Assembly (NCBI GenBank): GCA_035539375.1
Contig: DATLIP010000086.1
Coordinates: forward strand, 16,848 to 80,847
Source of the DNA: Bdellovibrionota bacterium
Lineage (GTDB): Bacteria; Bdellovibrionota; UBA2428
DNA: 64,000 nucleotides
Direction: 5' to 3'
Shown: one piece after another, positions 55,020 to 62,782 of the stretch
Layout of the letters: the number at the start of each line of letters is the position of its first letter
Position numbering within the stretch: the first letter of the stretch is position 1
Program-made: the position numbers and the translations under genes
The notes under the pieces: generated by a model
The model's database searches: none
What the model was told of the DNA's origin: nothing
Seen by the model: only the letters and a program-made list of their open reading frames with translations

Positions 55020-55031
55020 ACACGTGTATGG
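55016..55031. promoter_or_regulatory. Palindromic operator candidate 1, overlapping the lexA -10 and start codon
   Basis: CCATACACGTGTATGG is a perfect 16-bp palindrome. In the lexA sense, TTGACA (55056-55051), a 17-nt spacer and TACCAT (55033-55028) follow, with 8 nt to the ATG. Confidence 0.45.
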
Positions 55032-55116
55032 TAATCCCTGGGCCTAAGATTGTCAAAATGAAGCGTTTTGATCGGTGCGGCATGGCTTTGGGTAAAAAAA
55101 TGTCGCCAAATCTTGA

Positions 55117-55136
55117 TACCATACGAACGTATGGTA
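55117..55136. promoter_or_regulatory. Palindromic operator candidate 2
   Basis: TACCATACGAACGTATGGTA is a perfect 20-bp palindrome. It shares CCATAC-N4-GTATGG and the 10-mer GTATGGTAAT with site 1. It fills the spacer between plus-strand TTGATA (55113-55118) and TAATTT (55135-55140). Confidence 0.45.
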
Positions 55137-55255
55137 ATTTGAATGAGGTAGACGTTTCGCGAGCAGTGGGCCGATGGCGTGGTGGACTCTTCTCTCCCCC
55201 CGACTGACGATCAGCCATCCCGTCCGGCCCACTCTTCTGTCGAAAGGCTCTCCCC

Positions 55256-55298
55256 AAAAAAAAACGGTAATGACCCCGAGGGGTCACTACCGTTTTTT
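55256..55298. terminator. Bidirectional rho-independent terminator
   Basis: An A9 run, the stem acggtaatgacccc / ggggtcactaccgt (13 of 14 pairs), then a T6 run. Confidence 0.75.
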
Positions 55299-55318
55299 CG
55301 TTTCTCGCAAAAGTGCGC

Positions 55319-55492
55319 TTAGTGCGACTGATGATCGGCAGGAGCCGCTTCAGCAGGAGCAGCAGCGTCGTCAGTTACGGGTGCAACTTCTTCGGTTGCA
55401 GGAGCTTCTGCGGGAACTTCCTCAGCTTGCTTGTTGCAAGCCATAGGAGCGAGAAGGGTAGCGACGATTGCGAGTCCAAAAATCTTTTTCAT
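55319..55492 (-). CDS. Small (57 aa) Ala/Pro/Glu-rich lipoprotein, absent from the ORF track
   Basis: Hand translation: SD aaggaggt, then MKKIFGLAIVATLLAPMACNKQAEEVPAEAPATEEVAPVTDDAAAPAEAAPADHQSH. The terminator follows. Confidence 0.6.
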   Translation of the reverse strand: MKKIFGLAIVATLLAPMACNKQAEEVPAEAPATEEVAPVTDDAAAPAEAAPADHQSH

Positions 55493-55630
55493 AGTTGTGA
55501 ATACCTCCTTGGGGTTACCTTTTTTGAGGATAGTCCAGGAATGACGGGCTGCATAGCGGGGGGGTGTGAATATATTTGATAGCTTAGGTCACTCTTTGTT
55601 GACGCTTGCTCGATGCAAAGGGGTGGAGTC

Positions 55631-57079
55631 TTAGGCTTGAACTGCCTTGAGGCGGATCAAGACTTCGAACTCGTTTTCCGAATTTCGGTGGGATTCAAAG
55701 GAGCCACCCATCTTTTCGATGATCTTTTCGCAGATCACCAGACCCAGTCCACTGCTCGTGGAGGTGCTCGAAGCCTGTTGTTGGGGTTCGTCGGAGCGCA
55801 GGAAACGGGACGAAGCTTTTTGGTCTAGGTAGCGAATCGTCACGTAGCGTTTGCCCGTGGGTTGTTGAACTTCTTCGATCGTGGCCTTGAGATTGCGGAT
55901 GGCGTTGTTGTGCTTGATGGTGTTCATCAGCAAGTTGCGAAAGACCATCGCGAGCTGCTTTTGGTCGGCGCCCACTTCGCGGATCTCTCCCATCTGCAAG
56001 TCGAAGCTGAGTTGAGGGTCAGCCCACTTGAGACATTCGGCGTAGGCCGATTTGATGATCTGTCCGACGTCCGTAGGTTCGATCTTGATCTTGTTCAGGC
56101 TCGAACGCGTGAACTGCAGAATGTCGTCGACAAGCTGTAAGCCCGAAAAGCAATTCAGCAGGGCACGCTTCCAGAGGGCTTCGAGTTCTTCGATGGTGGG
56201 TTTCTTATCGCGTTTGAGTTGCCAGATGTGGTGCAGGCTGATGATGGCCGAGAGAGGTTCCTTGAGGTCGTGCGCGGTTGCGGCCGAAACCACCGTCAAA
56301 AAGTTGCGAGATTCCTTGAGGCCCTTCTCCATACGGTTGAAGGAGTCGATCATCTCAAAAACTTCGGCGTCGAGGCCCGGCGAGACGGCGATCGGCCCCG
56401 GAAAGCGCTCGTTCTTGAGTTCGTTCTGGGCGCGGATGATCTTTTGCATCGGAACCACGACCTGTTGCTGCAGGTAACGGTTCTTGAGCAGCATGGTGGC
56501 GCCCACAATCATGATCGACAAAAAGCCAAAGGAGAGGATCAAGTCGCGTTGACGCTCAATTTCGGAGCTGAGGTACTTGAGGGTGAGCGAAAGGTATTCC
56601 GAAAGGTCGGCCGTTTTGGAGATGTGCGATTCGCTCAAGAGACGCAGCTGGTTTTTGAGCGCCCATGAGGTGCCGCTCTCTCGGGTCAAAAGCTCTTCGC
56701 CCAGGCGCAGTTGCACACCGAGGCGTCGCTTTTCGGACTCTACGTACTTGATGATGAGGTGGTGCAGGATGTGATCGTCGATCAGCTGCCCGTCAAAGCC
56801 CTGGAGCTGGGTGTTGGCCCGGTCGCTCAGCTCGCGCAACTCCCGCATACCGTATTCCGAAGGAGCGATCTCGATGTTTTCGATCACGGACGCCAGGTCT
56901 TGGTCGATCTTGGCCACACCCGAAGTCACGCTGAGCGAAACGTTGAGGGCATCGATCGTGGTTTTGAGCTCAGAAATGCGTGGGCCGACGCCCACGAAGT
57001 AAAATACGATGGGCGCCAGTAGCGTGCCAAGTTTGATAAAATCAAAAATATGCAGCTTGGACTGGAGCGAGGATCTCAT
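55631..57079 (-). CDS. Sensor histidine kinase (2 TM, HAMP-like linker, HisKA, HATPase_c)
   Basis: H-box AATAHDLKEPLS. N box and G box ...NLLMNTIKHN...GLGLVICEKIIEKMGG. Confidence 0.9.
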   Translation of the reverse strand: MRSSLQSKLHIFDFIKLGTLLAPIVFYFVGVGPRISELKTTIDALNVSLSVTSGVAKIDQDLASVIENIEIAPSEYGMRELRELSDRANTQLQGFDGQLIDDHILHHLIIKYVESEKRRLGVQLRLGEELLTRESGTSWALKNQLRLLSESHISKTADLSEYLSLTLKYLSSEIERQRDLILSFGFLSIMIVGATMLLKNRYLQQQVVVPMQKIIRAQNELKNERFPGPIAVSPGLDAEVFEMIDSFNRMEKGLKESRNFLTVVSAATAHDLKEPLSAIISLHHIWQLKRDKKPTIEELEALWKRALLNCFSGLQLVDDILQFTRSSLNKIKIEPTDVGQIIKSAYAECLKWADPQLSFDLQMGEIREVGADQKQLAMVFRNLLMNTIKHNNAIRNLKATIEEVQQPTGKRYVTIRYLDQKASSRFLRSDEPQQQASSTSTSSGLGLVICEKIIEKMGGSFESHRNSENEFEVLIRLKAVQA

Positions 57080-58059
57080 TTGAGCAGCACCCTCCTGTAG
57101 TCCACGTTCCGAAGCAGCGAAGCGTCGATGTAATCCGTCACGTTGAACTTACGGATTACCACCATAAAGGGGCGATACTCGTTCCTCGCCATGATCCATT
57201 TTTTGTAGAGGTTGTACTGAGCACGCAACGACTCGTCGATAAGCACGCGTAGTTCACGTCGCTGTAGGAGCTCCTTGAGGAGATCTTCGTGAGATTCTGG
57301 AAAGCAGGTTTTCAGTTTCGTGAGGCTTTCGTTGAGGTCTAGATAGAGCTCTTTTTCGGTGGAGATGAGCTCCTCTAAAAAGTCCGAAAGGATTTCGGCC
57401 TTTCGCTCGATCAGCTCTCGGCGCACGATCACCTGCGAGGTGATCTCGTGCACGCTGGAGTAAAAGATAGTGAAGCGGTTGGTGTCCAAGCGGCGACTGA
57501 TTTCGTCCGACACGATGGCGGCGTCCACGCTGCCACTTTCGAGCGCCTTCATCAGGCTCTCGTAGTTGGCAAAGGTAGTTTGCTGAATGCTGGTCTCGTT
57601 CACGCCTTCGGTCAGGAAGAAGTAGGTTTTAAAGAAGTCTACGATGTCGCCCAAGTGTCCGAGCTTGCGCGAGCGGATGTCTTTTACCGCGCGGATGCCC
57701 GATCGCTTGCTGGCCACCACAGCAAAGGTGTTTTGGATGTTGTTGATGCCCGCGATAATTCGGAACTCTTGCGCCTGCTGGGGGTGCTGGATGGCGTACT
57801 TGAAAAAGGTCGGGGGGGCGGAGATCGCCACATCGACCTTTTTGTCTGCCAGTTCGTGAAGGCCGCGTTCGGTGCGGTCGAGAAGCACCGACTTCCATCG
57901 CTTGCTTTTGCCCTTGCTGCCCTTTTCCACAAGGCAGATGAAGGCATTGGAGGCGCGGTTATTAACCCCGATGCTGAGGCTGTCTTGCGACGACGGGGCT
58001 CTCGAACATGCTGCAAGTACCCCCAGACCTAGGAGGCACAAAGGCCTCGCTAAAATCAT
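57076..58059 (-). CDS. Periplasmic solute-binding lipoprotein (SsuA/NMT1/PhnD-like fold, tentative)
   Basis: ORF 57076-58266 trimmed to ATG 58059: MILARPLCLLGLGVLAACS (lipobox). ATGA overlaps link it to both the response regulator stop and the kinase start. Confidence 0.55.
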   Translation of the reverse strand: MILARPLCLLGLGVLAACSRAPSSQDSLSIGVNNRASNAFICLVEKGSKGKSKRWKSVLLDRTERGLHELADKKVDVAISAPPTFFKYAIQHPQQAQEFRIIAGINNIQNTFAVVASKRSGIRAVKDIRSRKLGHLGDIVDFFKTYFFLTEGVNETSIQQTTFANYESLMKALESGSVDAAIVSDEISRRLDTNRFTIFYSSVHEITSQVIVRRELIERKAEILSDFLEELISTEKELYLDLNESLTKLKTCFPESHEDLLKELLQRRELRVLIDESLRAQYNLYKKWIMARNEYRPFMVVIRKFNVTDYIDASLLRNVDYRRVLLK

Positions 58060-58751
58060 TCCTCGCCGTCCTCCACGAGCTTGTAACCAAGGCCCGGTAC
58101 CGAGCGGATTTCGACGGTAGTGGGGCTGATCTTTTTGCGCAGGTTGGAGATGTGGGTGTCGATCGTGCGATCGACCACGTGCGAGTTTGGCCAAAGGTGC
58201 TCGAGGATCTGCTCGCGGCTCAAGATGCGGTTCTTGTTTTGGGCCATATACAAGAGCAGCTTCCACTCACGGGCGGTGAGTTCAAGGGGAGTGTTGGCGT
58301 TGGGATCCTTGCGGATGAGACTCTGTTCGGTGAGGTTCAGGCGCAGGTTGCCGACTTCGATGATATTCTCGGAGTCCGATTTGATCTCAGCCTGCTTGAG
58401 GCGGGCGTCGATGCGCGTTTTGAGCTCGAGGGGATGTATCGGTTTGGTGAGATAGTCCACGGCGCCTAACTGAAAAGCGGCGACCTTGTCTTCGATCTCG
58501 TCCGAGTGGGTGAGGAACATGACGGGGGTGGAGGCGTATTCCGGTTTTTCACGGAGTAGGGAAAAAAGCCTCAATCCATCGCCATCGGGAAGAGAAAGGT
58601 CGAGGATGATGCAATCAAACTCTTCAGACTTTTCGATAAGCTGCTTCGCAGCTTTGATCGACATGGCCGAAACCACTTCGTAAGCTTTGAGGGATTCTTG
58701 AATCAGTTCCACGTAATCTTTGTGATCTTCCACGCATAGGACACGTTTCAT
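58056..58751 (-). CDS. OmpR-family response regulator
   Basis: Trimmed to MKRVLCVEDH. Phospho-acceptor region CIILDLSLPDGDG and the winged helix LTAREWKLLLYM...DRTIDTHISNLRKKI. ATG 58769 is an alternative start. Confidence 0.9.
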   Translation of the reverse strand: MKRVLCVEDHKDYVELIQESLKAYEVVSAMSIKAAKQLIEKSEEFDCIILDLSLPDGDGLRLFSLLREKPEYASTPVMFLTHSDEIEDKVAAFQLGAVDYLTKPIHPLELKTRIDARLKQAEIKSDSENIIEVGNLRLNLTEQSLIRKDPNANTPLELTAREWKLLLYMAQNKNRILSREQILEHLWPNSHVVDRTIDTHISNLRKKISPTTVEIRSVPGLGYKLVEDGEE

Positions 58752-58897
58752 ATCGCCGAGTATATCCATATCCGCGTATCCTATCAAAAATTCATTTTCG
58801 AACGATTCATTTTCGAATGCATCAAGAAAACTTAACAAGTTCTCCACCTTAGACTGACAGTTCGCACCGATAATCAAATTTAAGGGAGATATTTATT

Positions 58898-59035
58898 ATG
58901 AGCACTCAACAAGAGACCTACTTTTTCGAAGACAAACTGGATTGGTGGCTCGAGCGCTACATGCTCGAGAGCGATGCGGGTGCCGTGCCCATCGTGGAAG
59001 AAGACACCGAAGAGCTCTGGCTCATTTCGGACTAA
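58898..59035 (+). CDS. Candidate 45-aa acidic small protein
   Basis: Hand-found. SD aagggaga lies 8 nt before the ATG. Product: MSTQQETYFFEDKLDWWLERYMLESDAGAVPIVEEDTEELWLISD. Confidence 0.35.
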   Translation: MSTQQETYFFEDKLDWWLERYMLESDAGAVPIVEEDTEELWLISD

Positions 59036-59097
59036 AGCCCTAAATCAAACAACCAAACGTTCACCGAATCACTAACGTCAATCTCAAGGGGGACAAC

Positions 59098-59178
59098 ATG
59101 AGATTCTCAACCATTGAAGACCAAGTTGATTGTGTGTTTCTCGGCGCTGTATTTGTTGTGCTGATCCTCTTTATCTAG
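59098..59178 (+). CDS. Candidate 26-aa hydrophobic-tailed micro-protein
   Basis: Hand-found. SD aaggggga lies 4 nt before the ATG. Product: MRFSTIEDQVDCVFLGAVFVVLILFI. Its stop overlaps the 3' end of the convergent pspC-like gene. Confidence 0.3.
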   Translation: MRFSTIEDQVDCVFLGAVFVVLILFI

Positions 59179-59603
59179 GACCCTTTTTCGGGCAATGCTA
59201 CCCAAGCGTAGACGTAGGGAATCAGCGAAAGCCCGCCAGAAACAAAAAGAATCACAAAAGAGACCCGTATCAAGACCGGGTCCCAGCCCAGGAGCGCTGC
59301 AAGGCCTCCGCAGACCCCGCCCAGCACTCGATCCGATTTGGAGCGGGTGAGCGGGTCGTGGGCTAGTACGGTGGGTTCTGGCGCGGGGTTTTCCTCGGCC
59401 GATGGCATAAGCACCCACAAGATCAAATAGAGCAAGATGCCGAAACCTGTGCCCAGCGTGAAGAGGGCCACGAGGCGCACCAGCGCCACCGACCAGCCCT
59501 TTTGCGTGGCGATGCCACTGCACACGCCCCCTAGGAGGGCGTGGCGCTTGGAGCGGTAAAAGCGGGTGGGGCTGGCGGGTGTCGAGACGTCTTCAGGATT
59601 CAT
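59175..59603 (-). CDS. Tandem PspC-domain membrane protein
   Basis: Trimmed to MNPEDV. Two copies of the PspC N-domain pattern: RSKRHALLGGVCSGIATQKGWSVALVRL... and RSKSDRVLGGVCGGLAALLGWDPVLIRV... Confidence 0.75.
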   Translation of the reverse strand: MNPEDVSTPASPTRFYRSKRHALLGGVCSGIATQKGWSVALVRLVALFTLGTGFGILLYLILWVLMPSAEENPAPEPTVLAHDPLTRSKSDRVLGGVCGGLAALLGWDPVLIRVSFVILFVSGGLSLIPYVYAWVALPEKGS

Positions 59604-60978
59604 TCTGCGGCTCAGAATCAACCGCTTTGGCAGCCTTTTCAAGATTAAACTTGGGCTTTTGCCCAGGTTGCTGAGATTCAAGAATGGCCATCGTCTTTAG
59701 CAGGCCCACGGCCTGACCAACCATATAATCCGCAGCCACTTTTTTCGCGATTTCCGTAGTGGCTTTCTCTTCGGCCTGCGCGGCTGGATGCTGAACATCG
59801 TCGGTGGCCTCTATGTGACCCGCGAGGTCGTTTTCACGAATGCTCTTTTGCTTGGCGCGCGTTTGGGCCACCACGTCGGGCGTGAAATTGTCGAGGCTCA
59901 CGTCGGGCTCGATACCTTTGGCCTGAATCGAGCGACCCGAAGGTGTGTAGTAACGAGCGATGGTGAGTTTCAATCCTGAGCCGTCGCCGATGGGCAATAC
60001 GGTTTGCACCGAACCCTTGCCGAAGGTGCGCTGGCCCGCGATGATCGCGCGCTTGTAATCTTGCAGCGCGCCCGCGACGATCTCCGAGGCCGAAGCCGAA
60101 GATTGATCGACGAGCACCACGATGGGAGCTGTCGAAATGCGGTGACCCTTCTTGGCGTTGGCGATGTCCTTGGCTCCCTTGTCGCGGCCGATGGTGTACA
60201 CGATGGGGCCTTCGTCGATGAAGAGGTTCGACACCTTGATCGCCTCATCCAAGAGACCACCCGGGTTGGAGCGCAGATCGAGCACGATGCCCTTGGTGCG
60301 ATCACGATTTTCTTTGATCACTTTAGCGAGGTCTTCGCTCGCGCGCTCCATGAACGAGGAGATGCGCACGTAGAGCATGCCCTCTTTGAGGAGCACGTGT
60401 TTGACGGCCGTGACCTTGATCAGTTGCCTCTCGAGTTCGAAGCTGAGCGGCTTGAGCTCGCCCGGGCGCTGAATGCCAATTTTGACTTTGGAACCGGGCT
60501 TGCCGCGCATCATGCTGATGGCCTCGGGCAGGGTGATGTTCACTGCGGATTTTTCGTCGATGGAGAGGATCTTGTCGCCCTTCTTGAGGCCGGCCTTCGC
60601 AGCGGGTGTGTCGTCGATGGGAGAGAGCACGGTGATCTTTCCGTCTTCTACCGACACCTCAATGCCCACTCCGCCGAATTTGCCTTCGGTTTCATTTTTC
60701 ATTTCGGAGTAAATTTTGGGCGGTAGGTAAGCCGAGTGCGGATCGAGCTCGCCGAGCATGCCGTTGATTGCGTTCTCCACCAGCTGGTGCACGGGCGCGA
60801 CATCGACGTAGGAGTCTTCGACAAATTGCAAAATCTTCGCGAACTTTTCGAGCGGCTGGTAGGCCGAGTCTTTGTTCGCCTGCGAGTTGCGATGGAAGCA
60901 GGAACCCACCAGGAATCCTGAACTCGCGACGAACGAAAGGGTGAAGACTTGGATGTATTTATTCTTAAAGGAGAACAT
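59593..60978 (-). CDS. ctpA: Carboxy-terminal processing protease (S41 family, PDZ domain)
   Basis: PDZ (GGVGIEV...PAAKAGLKKGDKILSID), catalytic SASASEIVAGALQD and TFGKGSVQ. Confidence 0.9.
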   Translation of the reverse strand: MFSFKNKYIQVFTLSFVASSGFLVGSCFHRNSQANKDSAYQPLEKFAKILQFVEDSYVDVAPVHQLVENAINGMLGELDPHSAYLPPKIYSEMKNETEGKFGGVGIEVSVEDGKITVLSPIDDTPAAKAGLKKGDKILSIDEKSAVNITLPEAISMMRGKPGSKVKIGIQRPGELKPLSFELERQLIKVTAVKHVLLKEGMLYVRISSFMERASEDLAKVIKENRDRTKGIVLDLRSNPGGLLDEAIKVSNLFIDEGPIVYTIGRDKGAKDIANAKKGHRISTAPIVVLVDQSSASASEIVAGALQDYKRAIIAGQRTFGKGSVQTVLPIGDGSGLKLTIARYYTPSGRSIQAKGIEPDVSLDNFTPDVVAQTRAKQKSIRENDLAGHIEATDDVQHPAAQAEEKATTEIAKKVAADYMVGQAVGLLKTMAILESQQPGQKPKFNLEKAAKAVDSEPQNES

Positions 60979-61003
60979 CTCCCTACATTATACGGTGCAG
61001 TCT

Positions 61004-61888
61004 TCAGAGACCCAAGATGTCTAGATTCTGGCGTGCAAAGACAAGTCGTGGATTGACGGCTTTGCCCTTGTGGCGCACCTCGAAGTAGAGCGAATCTTGG
61101 CTGTTGCCGACCACTTCACCCGTGCGCAAGCTCGCGCCGAGCTTTACGACGTTCGCATTTGGCACCAGGTTGGCATAAATCGTCAGAAAGTCGTCACCGT
61201 GATCGATCATCACCACGTGACCGCGTCCCTGCATGGGGCCCGAAAAGACGACCTTGCCCTTGAGGCAAGCACGTACGTGCGAAGCGGGCTTTTGGCCAAT
61301 CCACCAACCGAGCGAGTTCCACTCAAGACCCGTGAGGGCATCTTTGCGTGTGCCGAAATCCTGAAGGATCGGCTTCTCCGAGAGGCTGGTGAAGGAAACG
61401 GGCACGTCTCCACAGTGAAAGTTGGTGGCTTCGGCCACAGCATTTTCTTTGATGGCGGGCATGGCGCCCTTGGCGATCTCTGTTGTCGTAGGCGCAACGG
61501 GCTTGGCACCTGTGACTTCATGGCTCATCCAGTCGAGCTGAGAGGTGAGTTCGGCGTTGATTTGCTGAATGCGAGCGATTTCGTCTAGGTGACGGCGCAC
61601 GGCGAGCTTTAAAATCTTTTCGATCGAGGCGCGGTTGCGCTGGGTGACGGGCACGTCCTCCCAGAGGTAGACCGGCACGCTGGCTCCATTTTGCAGCTGA
61701 TTGAGTAGGGAAACTTTTTTGCTGAGTTCCGCTTTGAGAAAGGTTGCGCGCTGGGAGTTGGCGCCCAGTTGCGCGTCGAGCTCGGAGCTCGAAATGCTCG
61801 CTTTGAGAACGCTTTCGGGGGGCGTGAGGGCGGCCTGGGCCGCCGTCGCGCTGACTAAGGTAATTGCTAGGAGACGCTTCACGATCAC
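61004..61888 (-). CDS. M23/LytM-domain protein with N-terminal coiled coil (EnvC-like murein hydrolase activator)
   Basis: Signal peptide, coiled coil, and the C-terminal LytM block GHVVMIDHGDDFLTIYANL...LYFEVRHKGKAVNP. It lies directly downstream of ftsEX. Confidence 0.85.
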   Translation of the reverse strand: MIVKRLLAITLVSATAAQAALTPPESVLKASISSSELDAQLGANSQRATFLKAELSKKVSLLNQLQNGASVPVYLWEDVPVTQRNRASIEKILKLAVRRHLDEIARIQQINAELTSQLDWMSHEVTGAKPVAPTTTEIAKGAMPAIKENAVAEATNFHCGDVPVSFTSLSEKPILQDFGTRKDALTGLEWNSLGWWIGQKPASHVRACLKGKVVFSGPMQGRGHVVMIDHGDDFLTIYANLVPNANVVKLGASLRTGEVVGNSQDSLYFEVRHKGKAVNPRLVFARQNLDILGL

Positions 61889-61891
61889 GTC

Positions 61892-62782
61892 CTAGCCTTC
61901 GGTCGCAGGTTTGTTAACAAGGGGCCAGGTGAAGAGAGCACCTAGCATGGCGGCCAGCACGCCGAGGGCGAGCAGGCCGAGGTTCGAACTCATCGAGAGC
62001 GTTTCGAGCTGCGTGCCCGAAGGGAGAAGGATTTCTGAGTATTGCGGGAGCACGCCCTTCACGATCCAAAACAGCGTGCCGAGGGCGAGGGCCGAAGCCA
62101 CAAAGCCGATGATGGCCGATTCAACCACGAGCGGAAAGAAAACCCAGCTCTTGGACGCGCCGAGCACTTTGAGCGTTTCGAGTTCGCCGCGGTTCGATTC
62201 GAAGATGAGGCGAATGAGGTGACTCACGAGCAGCGAAACCACCATGAGTACGGCCACTAGGAAGATCGTCGACCACGAGAAGGCCTTCGAGGAGATCGAG
62301 GTCTTGGCGGAGGGCAGCACGTCCGAGCCGTCGTCCACGTCGAGCACACCAGGCAGCGAGCGCAGTTCGTTCATCTGCACGTTCCACTCGTTTGTATTGA
62401 TGGTGTTCGACTGGAGTTTGGCTTTGATCATCAGCGGAAAGGTCTCCGAGCCGAGGGCATCGGTGAGGGCTTTGCCGAATTGTTTTTCGAGTTCGGCGCC
62501 GGCTTCTTCGGGCTTGATGGTTTCGATGCCCACAAAATAGCTGCGCGAGGAGATGTTCGACTGGAGCTTGGCGACTTCATCGGCGCTCAGGCTAGGATCC
62601 ACGAAGAAGGTGATGCTCGGGCTCTCGCCCGCCTTGGTCTGCGACATGCGCACCTTCTCGAGGTTTTCCGTGATGGTCCAGAACGAGCCGAGCAGCGTCA
62701 GCGCCGCAGACACGGCGAGGATGGTGAGGGCCGAAGATAGGGGTCGTGCTTGCAGGTGACGTACAAGAATTTTAGCGATCAT
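61892..62782 (-). CDS. ftsX: Cell-division ABC permease-like protein FtsX
   Basis: 4 TM segments with a large first periplasmic loop. A 4-nt overlap links it to ftsE. Confidence 0.85.
   Translation of the reverse strand: MIAKILVRHLQARPLSSALTILAVSAALTLLGSFWTITENLEKVRMSQTKAGESPSITFFVDPSLSADEVAKLQSNISSRSYFVGIETIKPEEAGAELEKQFGKALTDALGSETFPLMIKAKLQSNTINTNEWNVQMNELRSLPGVLDVDDGSDVLPSAKTSISSKAFSWSTIFLVAVLMVVSLLVSHLIRLIFESNRGELETLKVLGASKSWVFFPLVVESAIIGFVASALALGTLFWIVKGVLPQYSEILLPSGTQLETLSMSSNLGLLALGVLAAMLGALFTWPLVNKPATEG

Noticed and set aside
55174-55446. 90-aa plus-strand ORF (and 55010-55207, 55000-55287) in the lexA upstream region.
   Set aside because: They read straight through the bidirectional terminator or the small lipoprotein gene on the other strand. 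They lack SD sequences and have improbable Arg/Pro-rich composition.
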